DNA of 53,048 bases from Sphingomonadaceae bacterium (GCA_023384025.1 JAHDXX010000001.1:1-53048); one strand, 5' to 3'; numbered from the stretch's first letter, positions 20,059 to 30,490 are shown. Notes: generated by a model from the sequence alone, not told the origin. A program made the numbers and translations.

Positions 20059-20508
20059 CTACTCGATGGTCAAAATCTCGTTCTTGATAAGTTCAATTGC
20101 GACCCTTGATGATGCTGTTTTAGGGTAGAAGCGCACTCCATGTGTCGCTGCAAACTTTTTTGCCGATTCGGCGGCAATGCTGGTCTGTGGAAGGCGTGTG
20201 TAGAGTATCACTTTGTTCTTTATGGTATCCCATAAAGCAATGTCTTCTCGGAGACATTCGCAGAATTTGACACCGACAGGCACACCTTCCGAGCTTGTGA
20301 ATCTTGTGTCACCTCGGGAAGGCAGTTGCACGTCAACAACGATGCCAGGGAGCTGATTCAGCAATGCTCGATTTTCAGTCAACCACGTCAGAGCGTCGCC
20401 TACCCACTGGAATGATTGATACTCAAACCTGTGGTTTTCTAGATCGAATAGTTCCGCGTCCATCAGGGCAGGTTCGTCATCGATCCAAACTACTGTACGA
20501 TTTAGCAT
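20059..20508 (-). CDS. stand-alone response regulator receiver protein
   Basis: VVWIDDE, VVDVQLP (phospho-Asp), LYT, YPK; TAATG overlap with the kinase gene. Confidence 0.8.
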   Translation of the reverse strand: MLNRTVVWIDDEPALMDAELFDLENHRFEYQSFQWVGDALTWLTENRALLNQLPGIVVDVQLPSRGDTRFTSSEGVPVGVKFCECLREDIALWDTIKNKVILYTRLPQTSIAAESAKKFAATHGVRFYPKTASSRVAIELIKNEILTIE

Positions 20509-22220
20509 TAAGTCACCTTCTCGAGGGAAACCACTACTTCGAGGCCATCAGTCAGCCGGACCGCCTTGATGCTTCCACCAAAGGTCTTCAGAACGCTCTC
20601 GCTCCAGCTAAGCCCTAGACCGCTGCCTCTTGGTGCAAACTGAGCGTTCTTCCCACGCCAGCCGCGATTGAATATCTTTTCGAGCTCAGCCCCTTCGACC
20701 CCAACACCCTTGTCCCGTACGTGAACGTGTATGAATTTGCCAACATCTTCAACCTCAACGGTTATGTTAACTCGTTCGCCTGGCTTTCGATATTTCACCG
20801 AGTTTTCGAAGATGTTTGCAAAAACTGAAACTAGGGCCTCTGGCGCCCCGCGAACGGGCGGAGGATATTGATCGTTGGAGGGGATGATGTCGCCAAAGGT
20901 TGGAATGCGTAGCCCATCCACCGCAGAATGGGCGGTACACATGTCTGGCACCAGCTCAATGGCCCGAATAAGCACGTCTCGCAATAGTGAATCAGTTACA
21001 TCTCCTGGATCGTAAGGTATCTCATCGTTCGCACGGGCGATTTGAAAGCCGATGTCCTTAGCTGATGCATAAGCAGTCCTTAGAAGCCTCAATATCCTTT
21101 CGGCTGGTATATGCTTATTATCAGCGAGCGGCTCTAGCTTGAATCGTCGAGGCCTGTCCTTGTTGGCTTCGCGCATTGGATCATGAATGGAATCGCTAAA
21201 GCTTTCTATATTTCTTACAATGGTGTCTACAACACTCATGGAGTTGTGAAATGCCTCATCCTTCTTAAAGCTAGCTTCGTCTGCCGATGAGAAAGCATCA
21301 ACAATTATAAACAATGTTTCACTAAAGAATTCCAAAGCTGAAAGGTGAAGCCACGTGAATGGTATTTTTGACAGATTGTGCGAAGTGCAATTTGTAAGTC
21401 TAATAACTCCATCATTGGTTCGATCTGGCTTGTGACTTAAGGTGCTCTCCGTCTCTTGTGTTAGTCGTATAGGCCAGTACATCCGCGACCAAGTTCCGTT
21501 TGAAGTCTCTTCATGGCTCTGCCCATTTTGCATGAGGTTAGAGTTTTTGGAAAATTCAAAAATTGGTTCGCCTAAAAGATGGCAATTAACCAGTTTCTTC
21601 GTTTTATCAGTCGCATGGAATTTTATGTCTGATTTTTTCTGTTCGTTCTGAAGTTTTGCATTTGTCCCCCTAAGTTGGAGGATTTCACCTATCCAATCTC
21701 TCACAAATATTGAAATATAATCGCATGAGAAATAACTATTTATCTTTTCTTCATTTATTAATCTATGCATGAATGAACCGAGGTCATTAGATTTGACTTT
21801 TGAATGAACTACAGCTCTGCGGAGGGATTTGTTTATATTGGCAAGAGTTGATCTCACATAGGCAGTTGCTATGGATTGTGCGTCTATTCGATCTGATTGG
21901 TTCATAGCTTCGTTTGCCAGAAGCACGATCGCTGGTTTACAAGGCGTGCTCAGGTCCAAATCAGAGAACAAAATCTCTAATACGTCGTCGCGACCTGAAA
22001 TGGATAGCATGTCAATTCTGGTGATATGGTAAGATTCATCGGAAGGATCGAAAATCAGGTATTCACAGCCATCATCGGTTTTCCACGGTATCGACAGGCC
22101 AATGCGAAAGTCAGTATTGTAAAAATCGCGCAATATAGCGGAAAGGTTTTTCTGAAGAAGAGCGATCGATTCCGAACCATTGCCAATCGCATCGAAGATT
22201 TTTGCCAGATCATGCTTCAT
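20508..22220 (-). CDS. soluble sensor histidine kinase (divergent)
   Basis: Putative H-box EAFHNS, N-box NIFENSVKY, G1 DKGVG, IFNRG, G2 GSGLGL; no obvious TM helix. Confidence 0.82.
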   Translation of the reverse strand: MKHDLAKIFDAIGNGSESIALLQKNLSAILRDFYNTDFRIGLSIPWKTDDGCEYLIFDPSDESYHITRIDMLSISGRDDVLEILFSDLDLSTPCKPAIVLLANEAMNQSDRIDAQSIATAYVRSTLANINKSLRRAVVHSKVKSNDLGSFMHRLINEEKINSYFSCDYISIFVRDWIGEILQLRGTNAKLQNEQKKSDIKFHATDKTKKLVNCHLLGEPIFEFSKNSNLMQNGQSHEETSNGTWSRMYWPIRLTQETESTLSHKPDRTNDGVIRLTNCTSHNLSKIPFTWLHLSALEFFSETLFIIVDAFSSADEASFKKDEAFHNSMSVVDTIVRNIESFSDSIHDPMREANKDRPRRFKLEPLADNKHIPAERILRLLRTAYASAKDIGFQIARANDEIPYDPGDVTDSLLRDVLIRAIELVPDMCTAHSAVDGLRIPTFGDIIPSNDQYPPPVRGAPEALVSVFANIFENSVKYRKPGERVNITVEVEDVGKFIHVHVRDKGVGVEGAELEKIFNRGWRGKNAQFAPRGSGLGLSWSESVLKTFGGSIKAVRLTDGLEVVVSLEKVT

Positions 22221-22353
22221 GGTAATCCAAACCCACCGTCATCCATGCCTTACCCATCTTCACAAAGAGTGCCGATGGGTTTGTTCGTCGTCAATCTTCG
22301 TTGCCAAGGAAACTTGGAGGGGCAGCGCTTTTAATGTGAAGGTTTGTTGCCTA

Positions 22354-23136
22354 TCACGGCCGAATTTGCTTGGAGGATGAGCTGCGAATGCGGATATTGC
22401 AGTCGACGGTCGTTTTGGCCTGCTGGGCGCTCAGTTCGCAACTTTCTATTTCATCGCGATTTTCACTTAGAACACGCTGCGTAGCCGCCAACTGCTCCCA
22501 CGCTTCGGGATTCTGTGACCGAATCAACCGTATTCCGGCATCCACAATAGACGGCTCACCAACGGCCTTGCGGGCCATCCGTTCTGGCCAATGCCAGCTT
22601 TCCGGCACGGCGCGGGCGATGGTGCCGGGCAGGATCGACCAGAGCAGGATACCGGCAGCCAGCCCCATGGCTGCAAAGCGCCAAGTCTGGCGCTTCTGCT
22701 CGTTCCCGGTGCGGACTTGCCTAATCATCGCACTCAATTGCGCGGTGGCGTTGTCGAGGTCTTTGCGTCCGTGCCGAAAAAGGTCGCTGCTGTCGCGCAG
22801 CATGTCGAGCGAGGCGCGCTTGATTTGCACTGCAATGTCTTCCGCCGTCAGCTCGATGGCGGGCTTGTCGCCAATTGCGGCCAACGTCCTGGAGACGCGT
22901 TCCAGCTGATCGGCCATCTGGCCGAGTGTCGCCGTGTAGTCCGGAATTACGATGTCGGCTCGCTCCCTGGCCATGTTCTGGACCGTATGGCGCACCATTG
23001 CTATTTCACCTTCGAGACGGGCGAAGGCTTCCGTTGCCGGATCGGTCTCCGTCTCGGCCTCCGGTTCCGGTTCCGGGGCGGGTGGTTCCTCGACTGCGAG
23101 GTCCAGTTGCACTTCTTCGATGTGGTCGTCTTCCAT
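22354..23136 (-). CDS. DUF6118-like TraA-associated protein
   Basis: PDYTATLG motif, coiled coil, TM segment followed by PESWHWPERMA; starts 10 nt after traA. Confidence 0.72.
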   Translation of the reverse strand: MEDDHIEEVQLDLAVEEPPAPEPEPEAETETDPATEAFARLEGEIAMVRHTVQNMARERADIVIPDYTATLGQMADQLERVSRTLAAIGDKPAIELTAEDIAVQIKRASLDMLRDSSDLFRHGRKDLDNATAQLSAMIRQVRTGNEQKRQTWRFAAMGLAAGILLWSILPGTIARAVPESWHWPERMARKAVGEPSIVDAGIRLIRSQNPEAWEQLAATQRVLSENRDEIESCELSAQQAKTTVDCNIRIRSSSSKQIRP

Positions 23137-23146
23137 GTCGGTACTC

Positions 23147-26032
23147 CTAAATGCCGATGTCGAAAGCGCGGGTGCGCTCGCGGGTGAGAGTTGCGGTGAG
23201 TTCGTTTGCGATGCTGCGTTCGGGCTTTGGATCGATGCCCAGTTCGCGGGACTTGCCGCGCAACAGGCCTTCGACCTGCGGATCGCGTTCAAGCCCCTTC
23301 GCCAGCTCGGTCAGCTTGGCCGAGACGCGGGCAGCGCCTGCACGATCGCCCTGCTGCTCAAGCTGCTTTCGCGCCGTGCTCAACCCCTGCCAGTCTCTGA
23401 CAAAGCGCTCGGATCGCAGCGCAGGATCGGTGCGCACTGCGGCCTCTTGGCTCATGGCCCGCATGGCCTCCTGGCTACGCCCGCCAGCGGCCTCTGGGAT
23501 CAGCTCAGGACGCCGCTCCAGCGCCTTGGCGAGATCGGTGACGGCATGGGGGCGGATCGCGTCGAGCGCTTTTTCTGCCTTCTCCAGCGCTTCCTTCTGA
23601 TGCGGGAGAACGGGCAAGCCCTGGGCCTGCATCGTGCCGATATCGCCAAGCGCGCGGGCATAGCGTTCGACCGCGCGGCGCTGATCGTTCTGCGTGTTTG
23701 CCTGTGCTGGAAGCGGCTCAAGCTGGCGGGCCTGCGGACGGAAGTTTCCGAAGATGGACTTGGCCTTCTCGGGCACCAGCCGAACCATCTCCACTAACCG
23801 CTCGCGGAAGCTGATACCGCGCAATTCGGCGAAGGCCTGCTCCGGCTTGTAATCGCCAGCCATGTCCTTCCCGCGCTCGCGGCTCAGCAACCCGACAAGC
23901 TTGGACTGGTCGGCAAAATCATCGCGGCCATAGTGCAGCGCCAGCCCGTCGCGGTGACGTGACATGGCGACATAGGCCGAATGGCTATCCATGCCCGGCG
24001 TGGCGAGCACATGGACGCGGTCCACAGTCATGCCCTGCGCTTTATGGATCGTGGCCGCGTAGCCATGATCGACGTGGGCATAGTCCTTGGTGTCGAAGGT
24101 AACCGCGCGCCCATCGTCCGTGCGCACGGCCATGCTTTGCGCGCTGGCCATTGTAACTCTGCCCAGCGTTCCGTTCTTCACTCCAAGTCCGCGCTCATTG
24201 CGTAGGAAGATGATGCGGTCGTCCGATGCAAACTGGCGTTCGCCACGTGCAGCCTTGATGGTGGCACCGGCCCCAAGCAGCCCAGCCACGCGCATCTTTT
24301 CGCGCGCCATCTGGTTCAGCTCGCGCACCTCGTCATTGGTGTGGGTGAGAATGATCCGACTGTCGCCGGAGCCATCCCGGCGTTCCCGATCCCAGCGCTC
24401 GATCAGCTCTGTCCGCGCGACCTCGCGCGTGTCGGCGGCATGAACCATGCCGCGTTCTTCGTAGCTCCGGATTGCTTCTCCCGTGCGGCCCGTCGCAAGA
24501 TGCCGGGTGGCATCCTGCTGCCATGCCGAAAGCTGGCGGCGAACCTCGCTGATCTCGACGCCGCCGTGGCGTTCGTGGATCGCCCGGAATGCCGCTCCTG
24601 CTTCGATTGCCTGGAGCTGCTGCTGGTCGCCCACCAGGACGACCTTCGCGCCGGCCTTGGCGGCATGGGACAGCACGCGCTCCATCTGGCGCGTGCCGAC
24701 CATACCCGCTTCGTCGATGACGAGCACATCCTTGGCAGTCAGATTCTCGCGCCCCTTGCCCCATTGGTGCTCAAGGCTGGCGATGGTGTGCGATGCAATA
24801 CCGGAGCCGTTCTCCAGACCTTCGGCGGCGATGCCGGAAAGGGCTACGCCACGCACATTGTAGCCTGCGCTTTCCCATGCCTCGCGCGCCACGCCCAGCA
24901 TCGCACTTTTGCCGGTCCCGGCATAGCCGACCACAACGGCAAGTCCCTTGCTGTTGGTGACATGCTCGAAGGCGGATTTCTGCTCGCCGGACAGCACCAG
25001 GCCGCGCTTCGTTGCGCTAGCGAATGCAGCGTTCCGCTCCTCGTTTTCGACGCCATGCCGTGCGCCCTGTGCCAATGCGTCTGCGGCGCGATGCAGGCGC
25101 AGCTCGGTCTCAATCATCGCGCGCGAAGTGAAGCGGTCTTGCCCGCGTCCGTCCTTGCCCAGAGAGATCAAATCGGGCGATGCGCGCGCGGCATTGTAGG
25201 CGGCGTCAAACTGCTCCTTCCCATCGCTGTGCCGGTGGATGAACGCGGCGAGCTCACGTCGCGTAAAGGTGGCTTGCTGGTGCGTGATGGCATCCAGTGC
25301 CAGCGCAGGATTTGCAATGATCCTTGTCCCATTGCGCTGGGCGATTGCGCGGTGTTCTTCGATCCGCTCGGCTTCAAGTCCGCGCCCGCCAATGCGCGAG
25401 GCGGCGGGGCCGATCTTGTCTTGCGGCTCCAGCGCAATGCCCTGTGCTTCCAGGCTGCGGTGGTCGATCCGCGCGTCGATGTCGCGTTCCGCCAGCGCGC
25501 GGTTCACATGATCGGCCCAGCGCTCGCGCCATTGCTCGATCAGTGCAGTCTTGTTCCAGTCGCGAACCTTTGCGCCAAAGCCGTCCTTGGTCACCTGGCG
25601 CATCGTCAGCATGACATGCGCGTGGGGCTTGGCCTTGCCGTCTTCGCCGATGTCCCAATGCACATTGAGATCGGCGATCATGCCCTTTTCGACAAATTCG
25701 GCCTTCACGAACTCGCGCGCCAGCTTGATGTTGTCTTTCTTCGCCAGCTCGCGGGGCAGGGCGAACTCGACCTCGCGGGCGAGCTGGGCGTCCTTGCGCT
25801 TCTCGGCGGCTTCGACCGCGTTCCACAAGGTGGCGCGATCGGCGAAGGCTTCGGGTGCGTCTTTGGGCAGCATCACTTCGGAATGAAGGACGCCCGCCTT
25901 GTTGGTGAAATCATGGGTTCTATCGATGCGTTCATCGTGCAGCCGTTCGCCCGCACGATAGGCTGCCGCAGCAACGGCACTGCGTCCGCTCGACCTTCCG
26001 ATGACCTTTGCGCTGAAGTGAAAGATTGCCAT
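23147..26032 (-). CDS. traA: Ti-type conjugative relaxase-helicase (MOBQ)
   Basis: MAIFHFSAKVIGRSSGRSAVAAAAYR, AREVEFALP, PHAHVMLT; helicase motifs GYAGTGKS, DEAGM, YAATIHKAQG. Confidence 0.95.
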   Translation of the reverse strand: MAIFHFSAKVIGRSSGRSAVAAAAYRAGERLHDERIDRTHDFTNKAGVLHSEVMLPKDAPEAFADRATLWNAVEAAEKRKDAQLAREVEFALPRELAKKDNIKLAREFVKAEFVEKGMIADLNVHWDIGEDGKAKPHAHVMLTMRQVTKDGFGAKVRDWNKTALIEQWRERWADHVNRALAERDIDARIDHRSLEAQGIALEPQDKIGPAASRIGGRGLEAERIEEHRAIAQRNGTRIIANPALALDAITHQQATFTRRELAAFIHRHSDGKEQFDAAYNAARASPDLISLGKDGRGQDRFTSRAMIETELRLHRAADALAQGARHGVENEERNAAFASATKRGLVLSGEQKSAFEHVTNSKGLAVVVGYAGTGKSAMLGVAREAWESAGYNVRGVALSGIAAEGLENGSGIASHTIASLEHQWGKGRENLTAKDVLVIDEAGMVGTRQMERVLSHAAKAGAKVVLVGDQQQLQAIEAGAAFRAIHERHGGVEISEVRRQLSAWQQDATRHLATGRTGEAIRSYEERGMVHAADTREVARTELIERWDRERRDGSGDSRIILTHTNDEVRELNQMAREKMRVAGLLGAGATIKAARGERQFASDDRIIFLRNERGLGVKNGTLGRVTMASAQSMAVRTDDGRAVTFDTKDYAHVDHGYAATIHKAQGMTVDRVHVLATPGMDSHSAYVAMSRHRDGLALHYGRDDFADQSKLVGLLSRERGKDMAGDYKPEQAFAELRGISFRERLVEMVRLVPEKAKSIFGNFRPQARQLEPLPAQANTQNDQRRAVERYARALGDIGTMQAQGLPVLPHQKEALEKAEKALDAIRPHAVTDLAKALERRPELIPEAAGGRSQEAMRAMSQEAAVRTDPALRSERFVRDWQGLSTARKQLEQQGDRAGAARVSAKLTELAKGLERDPQVEGLLRGKSRELGIDPKPERSIANELTATLTRERTRAFDIGI

Positions 26033-26062
26033 GGCGGCAATCCAGTTACACCGCGAAGCCTG

Positions 26063-26089
26063 CGTCGGCACGACGTATAAGCGCGCCCT
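26063..26089 (+). other. oriT (MOBQ/Ti-type nic region)
   Basis: Inverted repeat CGTCG-gca-CGACG followed by TATAAGCGCGCCCT, matching the RSF1010/pTi TAAxxGCGCCCT core; lies between divergent traA and traC. Confidence 0.85.
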
Positions 26090-26205
26090 CTCATGATAAA
26101 ATCCTGATCGGGACTAGGCGGTATCACACTGTCCCGGCGACCTTACTGCATTGGATTTCGGTCCCGATTATCATGGCTCCATCACACCAACGATGGAGAC
26201 AACAC

Positions 26206-26511
26206 ATGCGCAAACCCCGCGACTTTGATTCGGAACTGAAGGCACTGGCCGACAAGGCGAAGCAGTTGAAGGAACGCCGCGTGCGCGACCTCGGCGCGCT
26301 GGTCACTGCTACCGGAGCCGATGCGCTCGATGCCGATGTGCTGGCGGGCGTGCTGCTCGACGCTGCAGCCAATACCGACATGGCAACCGGGGAGGGCTGG
26401 CGCAAGCGCGGCGCGGCCTTCTTTCAGGGCAAAGGGCGCGACACTGCAAGCGGACCTCGCCAGCAGCCGGAAGGCACTCTCCCGCTCGACGGCGGCGCGG
26501 CATCGGCTTGA
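26206..26511 (+). CDS. TraC-like relaxosome accessory protein
   Basis: MRKPRDFDSELKAL...LGALVTATGA...WRKRGAAFF; GGAG RBS; position next to oriT. Confidence 0.75.
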   Translation: MRKPRDFDSELKALADKAKQLKERRVRDLGALVTATGADALDADVLAGVLLDAAANTDMATGEGWRKRGAAFFQGKGRDTASGPRQQPEGTLPLDGGAASA

Positions 26512-26533
26512 GGCGGCAAAGGCACGAACCGAC

Positions 26534-26761
26534 ATGCGCGAATGGCAGGTCAAACGTCGTGAACGGACCCGGCAACTGATCGAGTTGGGCGGCCTGGTTA
26601 CCAAGGCCGACCTGGTCGAGCTGACCGACGATGATCGCGCCGCTCTTTACGGTGCGTTCCTCACCGTTGCCGCCAAGCTGCGCGGGCCAGACGGCGCACA
26701 GGCGCTGGTGTTGTTCCGGCGCAAGGGGAAGCGGGCTTTCAAGGCTGAGCAGGACTATTGA
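26534..26761 (+). CDS. traD: conjugal transfer protein TraD
   Basis: RRERTRQLIELGGLVTKADL...DDRAALYGA signature. Confidence 0.85.
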   Translation: MREWQVKRRERTRQLIELGGLVTKADLVELTDDDRAALYGAFLTVAAKLRGPDGAQALVLFRRKGKRAFKAEQDY

Positions 26762-26867
26762 ACCTAGGGTGTTTCCGCCCTCGAAGTGGCCCAATCGGCT
26801 CAAGCCTCGCCAATCGCGCTTGCTTCGTTTGTAACTGCGCTATAACCAGAGCAAGAGAGGGGGAGCC

Positions 26868-27059
26868 GTGGGGCAGGCTAAGTCGCAAATTTCAAACCAA
26901 AAAATGGTTCACGTGAGGCTTGAACCGGAGTTGCACCGGCGGCTCCGCATAGTCGTCGCTTCGGAAGATACCTCAATTCAAGACTGGCTATCTGATGCGG
27001 TCGAACGTGCCGTTGAAAAGGCATGGCCTACCATCACGCAAGGGACGAACAAAAAATGA
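26868..27059 (+). CDS. small ribbon-helix-helix (Arc/HicB-C-like) regulator
   Basis: VHVRLEPELHRRLRIVVASEDTSIQDWL RHH pattern; ATGA coupling to the methyltransferase gene. Confidence 0.72.
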   Translation: MGQAKSQISNQKMVHVRLEPELHRRLRIVVASEDTSIQDWLSDAVERAVEKAWPTITQGTNKK

Positions 27060-29026
27060 GTACGGCTGCCTTGCGCGCTCCCAGTAGCGCCCAGATTCCG
27101 GTCATCGTTCAGCAGGGCAAAATCCTCGATTTCATCGATGGCCTGACCCAACGGAATGAGACCCCAGAGGAGTATGTCAGGCAGGAAATAGCCAAGTCTC
27201 TTGTCCGCGAATATGATTACGCGAAAGCCGACATTTCCGTCGAATTCACGCTTCGCCTCGGTTCACGAAAGCCGCGCGCCGATCTCGTGATTTTCGATGA
27301 AGGTGACGACCACAAGCAAGACCGTGCAAGGGTCATCATCGAATGCAAATCGCAAAAGGTGAAATCAAGCGATCGCAAGGAAGGTGTCGGCCAGCTTCAC
27401 GCCTACATGTCAGCTTGCCCGAATGTTCAGTATGGAATGTGGACCAACGGTCTGGAACGATACTGCTACCGGCGTGTCGAGAAAGATGGCTCAATATCTT
27501 TCGACGAAATTCCGGATATACCTGGCAAGGGATGCAGTGAGGAAGATGTTGAGCGCCCTAGGTTCGACCAACTCAAGGCGGCGTCGTCGGACGCGCTGCT
27601 GTTCGCATTTCGGCGCTGTCACAACTATATTGCGGGCAATCAGGGGCTCCAGAAGCCAGATGCGTTCTGGGAACTCCTGAAGATCATTTTCTGCAAGATT
27701 CATGACGAGCGCAGCTCCGATGAAGTTGAATTCTACGCCACCTCGAAAGAGCGTCACAATCTGAATGGACGCCTCAAGGTCAAGTCGCGGATCGACGCTC
27801 TCTATGCTGCGGTGAAAGCCGAATACGACACGATCTTCCGTGAAAATGAAGAGATCGAGCTTGAGCCTGCGGTACTGGCCTATATCGTAAGTCAGCTTCA
27901 AATGTACTCGCTCCTAGAGAGCGATATCGACGTGAAAGGACGCGCCTACGAGGAAATCGTTGGCTCGAACCTTCGCGGTGACCGTGGCGAATTTTTCACT
28001 CCGCGCAATATCTGCCAGATGGCGGTCACCATGCTCGATCCAAACGAGCGCCAGCTGATAATGGATCCTGCATGCGGGACTGGGGGCTTCCTCATTACCG
28101 CGATGAACTATGTCATTGAGAAGATACGCGCCGCAGAGATTGCCAAATGGGGTGAAATCGCACGCGCAGAAGATGCCATTCGTGCACGTGTCCAGCGCTT
28201 CGCCGAGAAATTCATCATTGGAATGGACCTGAATCCGAGCCTCGTGAAGGCATCGAAGATGAATATGGTCATGAACAACGATGGGGCTGGCGGGCTATTC
28301 CAGGGTAACTCCCTGAAGGCTCCTGCGACATGGGATGACGTGCTTCGCGCGCGAAATGTCATGGGCACTGTCGATCTGCTGTTCACGAATCCGCCGTTCG
28401 GTTCGAAAATTCCTATCGATGATCCCGCCATACTCGAGAAGTACGAACTCGGGCATGCATGGTCATACGACTCAGACACCGATGAGTGGTCGATGCGGTC
28501 AGACATTCAGAAGTCCCAGCCGCCGGAAATTCTTTTCATCGAACGATGCGTTCGGTTGCTGAAGCCGGGTACAGGCCGTTGTGCCATTGTTTTGCCTGAC
28601 GGGATACTTGGTTCACCGGGTGCCGGTTATGTTCGTGAGTGGCTTCTGCGAAATACTCGAATCCTCGCCAGCATCGACCTTCACCCAGACACTTTCCAGC
28701 CACATGTGAGCGTTCAGACAAGCGTTCTCGTTCTTCAGCGTAAGACCGACGAAGAGATGGCCGTCGAGAAGGCTGCTGGCCGGTTCAATGACTATCAAGT
28801 GTTTATGGCTGTAGCCAACCACATCGGCCACGATAAACGCGGCAACGTGACTTATGTTCGGGACCGCTCAGGCAATGAGATCGTTGAAGAATTCGAGGAG
28901 CAGACGAAGGACTACGAGGACGGTAAACCAGTCTACAAACGTCAATTGACCCAGCGAAAAGTAGTCGATGACAATACCCTCCAGATTGCTCAGGCGTTTC
29001 GCACGTGGCTATCAGAGCAAGACTGA
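27056..29026 (+). CDS. fused HsdR_N-type endonuclease plus N6-adenine DNA methyltransferase
   Basis: N-terminal PEEYVRQ...RADLVIF...IIECK (PD-(D/E)xK); GEFFTPR, DPACGTGGF, NPPF. Confidence 0.92.
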   Translation: MSTAALRAPSSAQIPVIVQQGKILDFIDGLTQRNETPEEYVRQEIAKSLVREYDYAKADISVEFTLRLGSRKPRADLVIFDEGDDHKQDRARVIIECKSQKVKSSDRKEGVGQLHAYMSACPNVQYGMWTNGLERYCYRRVEKDGSISFDEIPDIPGKGCSEEDVERPRFDQLKAASSDALLFAFRRCHNYIAGNQGLQKPDAFWELLKIIFCKIHDERSSDEVEFYATSKERHNLNGRLKVKSRIDALYAAVKAEYDTIFRENEEIELEPAVLAYIVSQLQMYSLLESDIDVKGRAYEEIVGSNLRGDRGEFFTPRNICQMAVTMLDPNERQLIMDPACGTGGFLITAMNYVIEKIRAAEIAKWGEIARAEDAIRARVQRFAEKFIIGMDLNPSLVKASKMNMVMNNDGAGGLFQGNSLKAPATWDDVLRARNVMGTVDLLFTNPPFGSKIPIDDPAILEKYELGHAWSYDSDTDEWSMRSDIQKSQPPEILFIERCVRLLKPGTGRCAIVLPDGILGSPGAGYVREWLLRNTRILASIDLHPDTFQPHVSVQTSVLVLQRKTDEEMAVEKAAGRFNDYQVFMAVANHIGHDKRGNVTYVRDRSGNEIVEEFEEQTKDYEDGKPVYKRQLTQRKVVDDNTLQIAQAFRTWLSEQD

Positions 29027-30456
29027 CCGCCCCTCGCGAGGTTCGCGAACAATGGCCCTGGCATGAGGTTAAGTCACTCTCGCTTGCTGCTTCAACGATC
29101 TTTGTTGGCGACCGCCGAATGGAGGCTGAGAACTTTCTGGCGCCTGGCTTCGCGATACGACATGCGATACATTCGAAGTCGGTAGGCTGGCGACTTCTTG
29201 CCGACGTAGCAAAGACATGGCAGCCTTCTCGACTTAAAGGTATCCAAGTGTCCCAAGACGCTGGAACTCCCTTTTTAGCAGCCACTCAAGTCTTTGACTT
29301 CCAACCTCAGCCTCGAAAATGGCTCGCACTGGCGAGAACTGACAATCATGCCCAACGCTTCGTCCAATCCGGCACAATCTTGCTCACTTGCTCGGGAAGC
29401 GTGGGGCGCGCCACTCTTGCGGACCAAAGCCTCGCAAATACTCTAATCTCCCACGATTTGCTGCGGATTGAGGCGATCAACTCTGCTCAACGAGGATGGC
29501 TCTATGCATATCTTAGAGCACCAACCGTTCGAGCTATGATGACTTCGGCTCAATACGGGCACATGATCAAACACCTTGAAGTCGGGCATCTTGATAACCT
29601 GCCATTTATCGAACCTCCAGCGGATGCATATGAGCATTTTGAAGCCTTAGTTCTCAAGATCATTGGCTCTCGAGACGAGGCGCTTGGCTTAACCAACCGT
29701 GCATTGGCTCTGTATGGTAGTGCGATAGGTGAACCGCCTGAACTTGGGAATGGAACAGGCGGTTTTACCTCGCAAGCCAGTGCCATGTTTGGCGGACAGA
29801 GAAGGCTAGAGGGCCATTTTCACAATCCAGTCGCGAGATCGGCTGAAAAGGCAATCGAGAATTCTGGTCGGCCAACACAGAGTCTAGTTGAACTGGTGGA
29901 AGATGTGTTCATTCCAGGCAGATTCAAGCATGTCTATGGGCCGGACGGGTTTCCATACCTCGACAGTGCTCAGATATTGGAAGTCGCTCCAGACGTTGAA
30001 AAATTTGTTCTTTCATTGGAGAACGAAAAGAAGGCCGGATATCTCGTGGAATCCGGCACATTGCTTTTGCCATGCTCCGGGCAGTTGCATGGGATAATTG
30101 GCAGTGTTGTTCTCGCTGACCACTGGCATGAGAATAAGGTGCTAACCAATCATATCCTTCGGATTGTTCCGAAGGTGAAACGCCGGATACGGATTGGATA
30201 TCTTCAAGCGGTTTTGGCTCATCCGAGTTTGGGAAGGCCCCGTGTCCTTCGTGGTGCGTACGGATCAAGTGTTCCCGAACTTTCTGTCGATGACATAAAA
30301 GATATGGCGATTCCGAGGCTCACAGAAGCTGAAGAAGCACGGATAGGTGATGGCATGGAGAGGGCCGCAAAGCTGTTTTCCGAAGCAAACGAGTTGGAGG
30401 AGCAAATCTCAGGAGAAGCGGACTCAATCGTTCGTTCGTTTCTTCGGACCAATTGA
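29005..30456 (+). CDS. HsdS-like specificity subunit
   Basis: Two repeated TRD-like halves (GTILLTCSGSVG / GTLLLPCSGQLHG) each followed by a helical spacer; overlaps the MTase stop. Confidence 0.8.
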   Translation: MAIRARLTAPREVREQWPWHEVKSLSLAASTIFVGDRRMEAENFLAPGFAIRHAIHSKSVGWRLLADVAKTWQPSRLKGIQVSQDAGTPFLAATQVFDFQPQPRKWLALARTDNHAQRFVQSGTILLTCSGSVGRATLADQSLANTLISHDLLRIEAINSAQRGWLYAYLRAPTVRAMMTSAQYGHMIKHLEVGHLDNLPFIEPPADAYEHFEALVLKIIGSRDEALGLTNRALALYGSAIGEPPELGNGTGGFTSQASAMFGGQRRLEGHFHNPVARSAEKAIENSGRPTQSLVELVEDVFIPGRFKHVYGPDGFPYLDSAQILEVAPDVEKFVLSLENEKKAGYLVESGTLLLPCSGQLHGIIGSVVLADHWHENKVLTNHILRIVPKVKRRIRIGYLQAVLAHPSLGRPRVLRGAYGSSVPELSVDDIKDMAIPRLTEAEEARIGDGMERAAKLFSEANELEEQISGEADSIVRSFLRTN

Positions 30457-30490
30457 CAGCATAGATTGATCGGCAAGGGGCAATTCTTCG

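Noticed and set aside
24341-26080. 579-aa plus-strand ORF
   Set aside because: Antisense shadow of traA.
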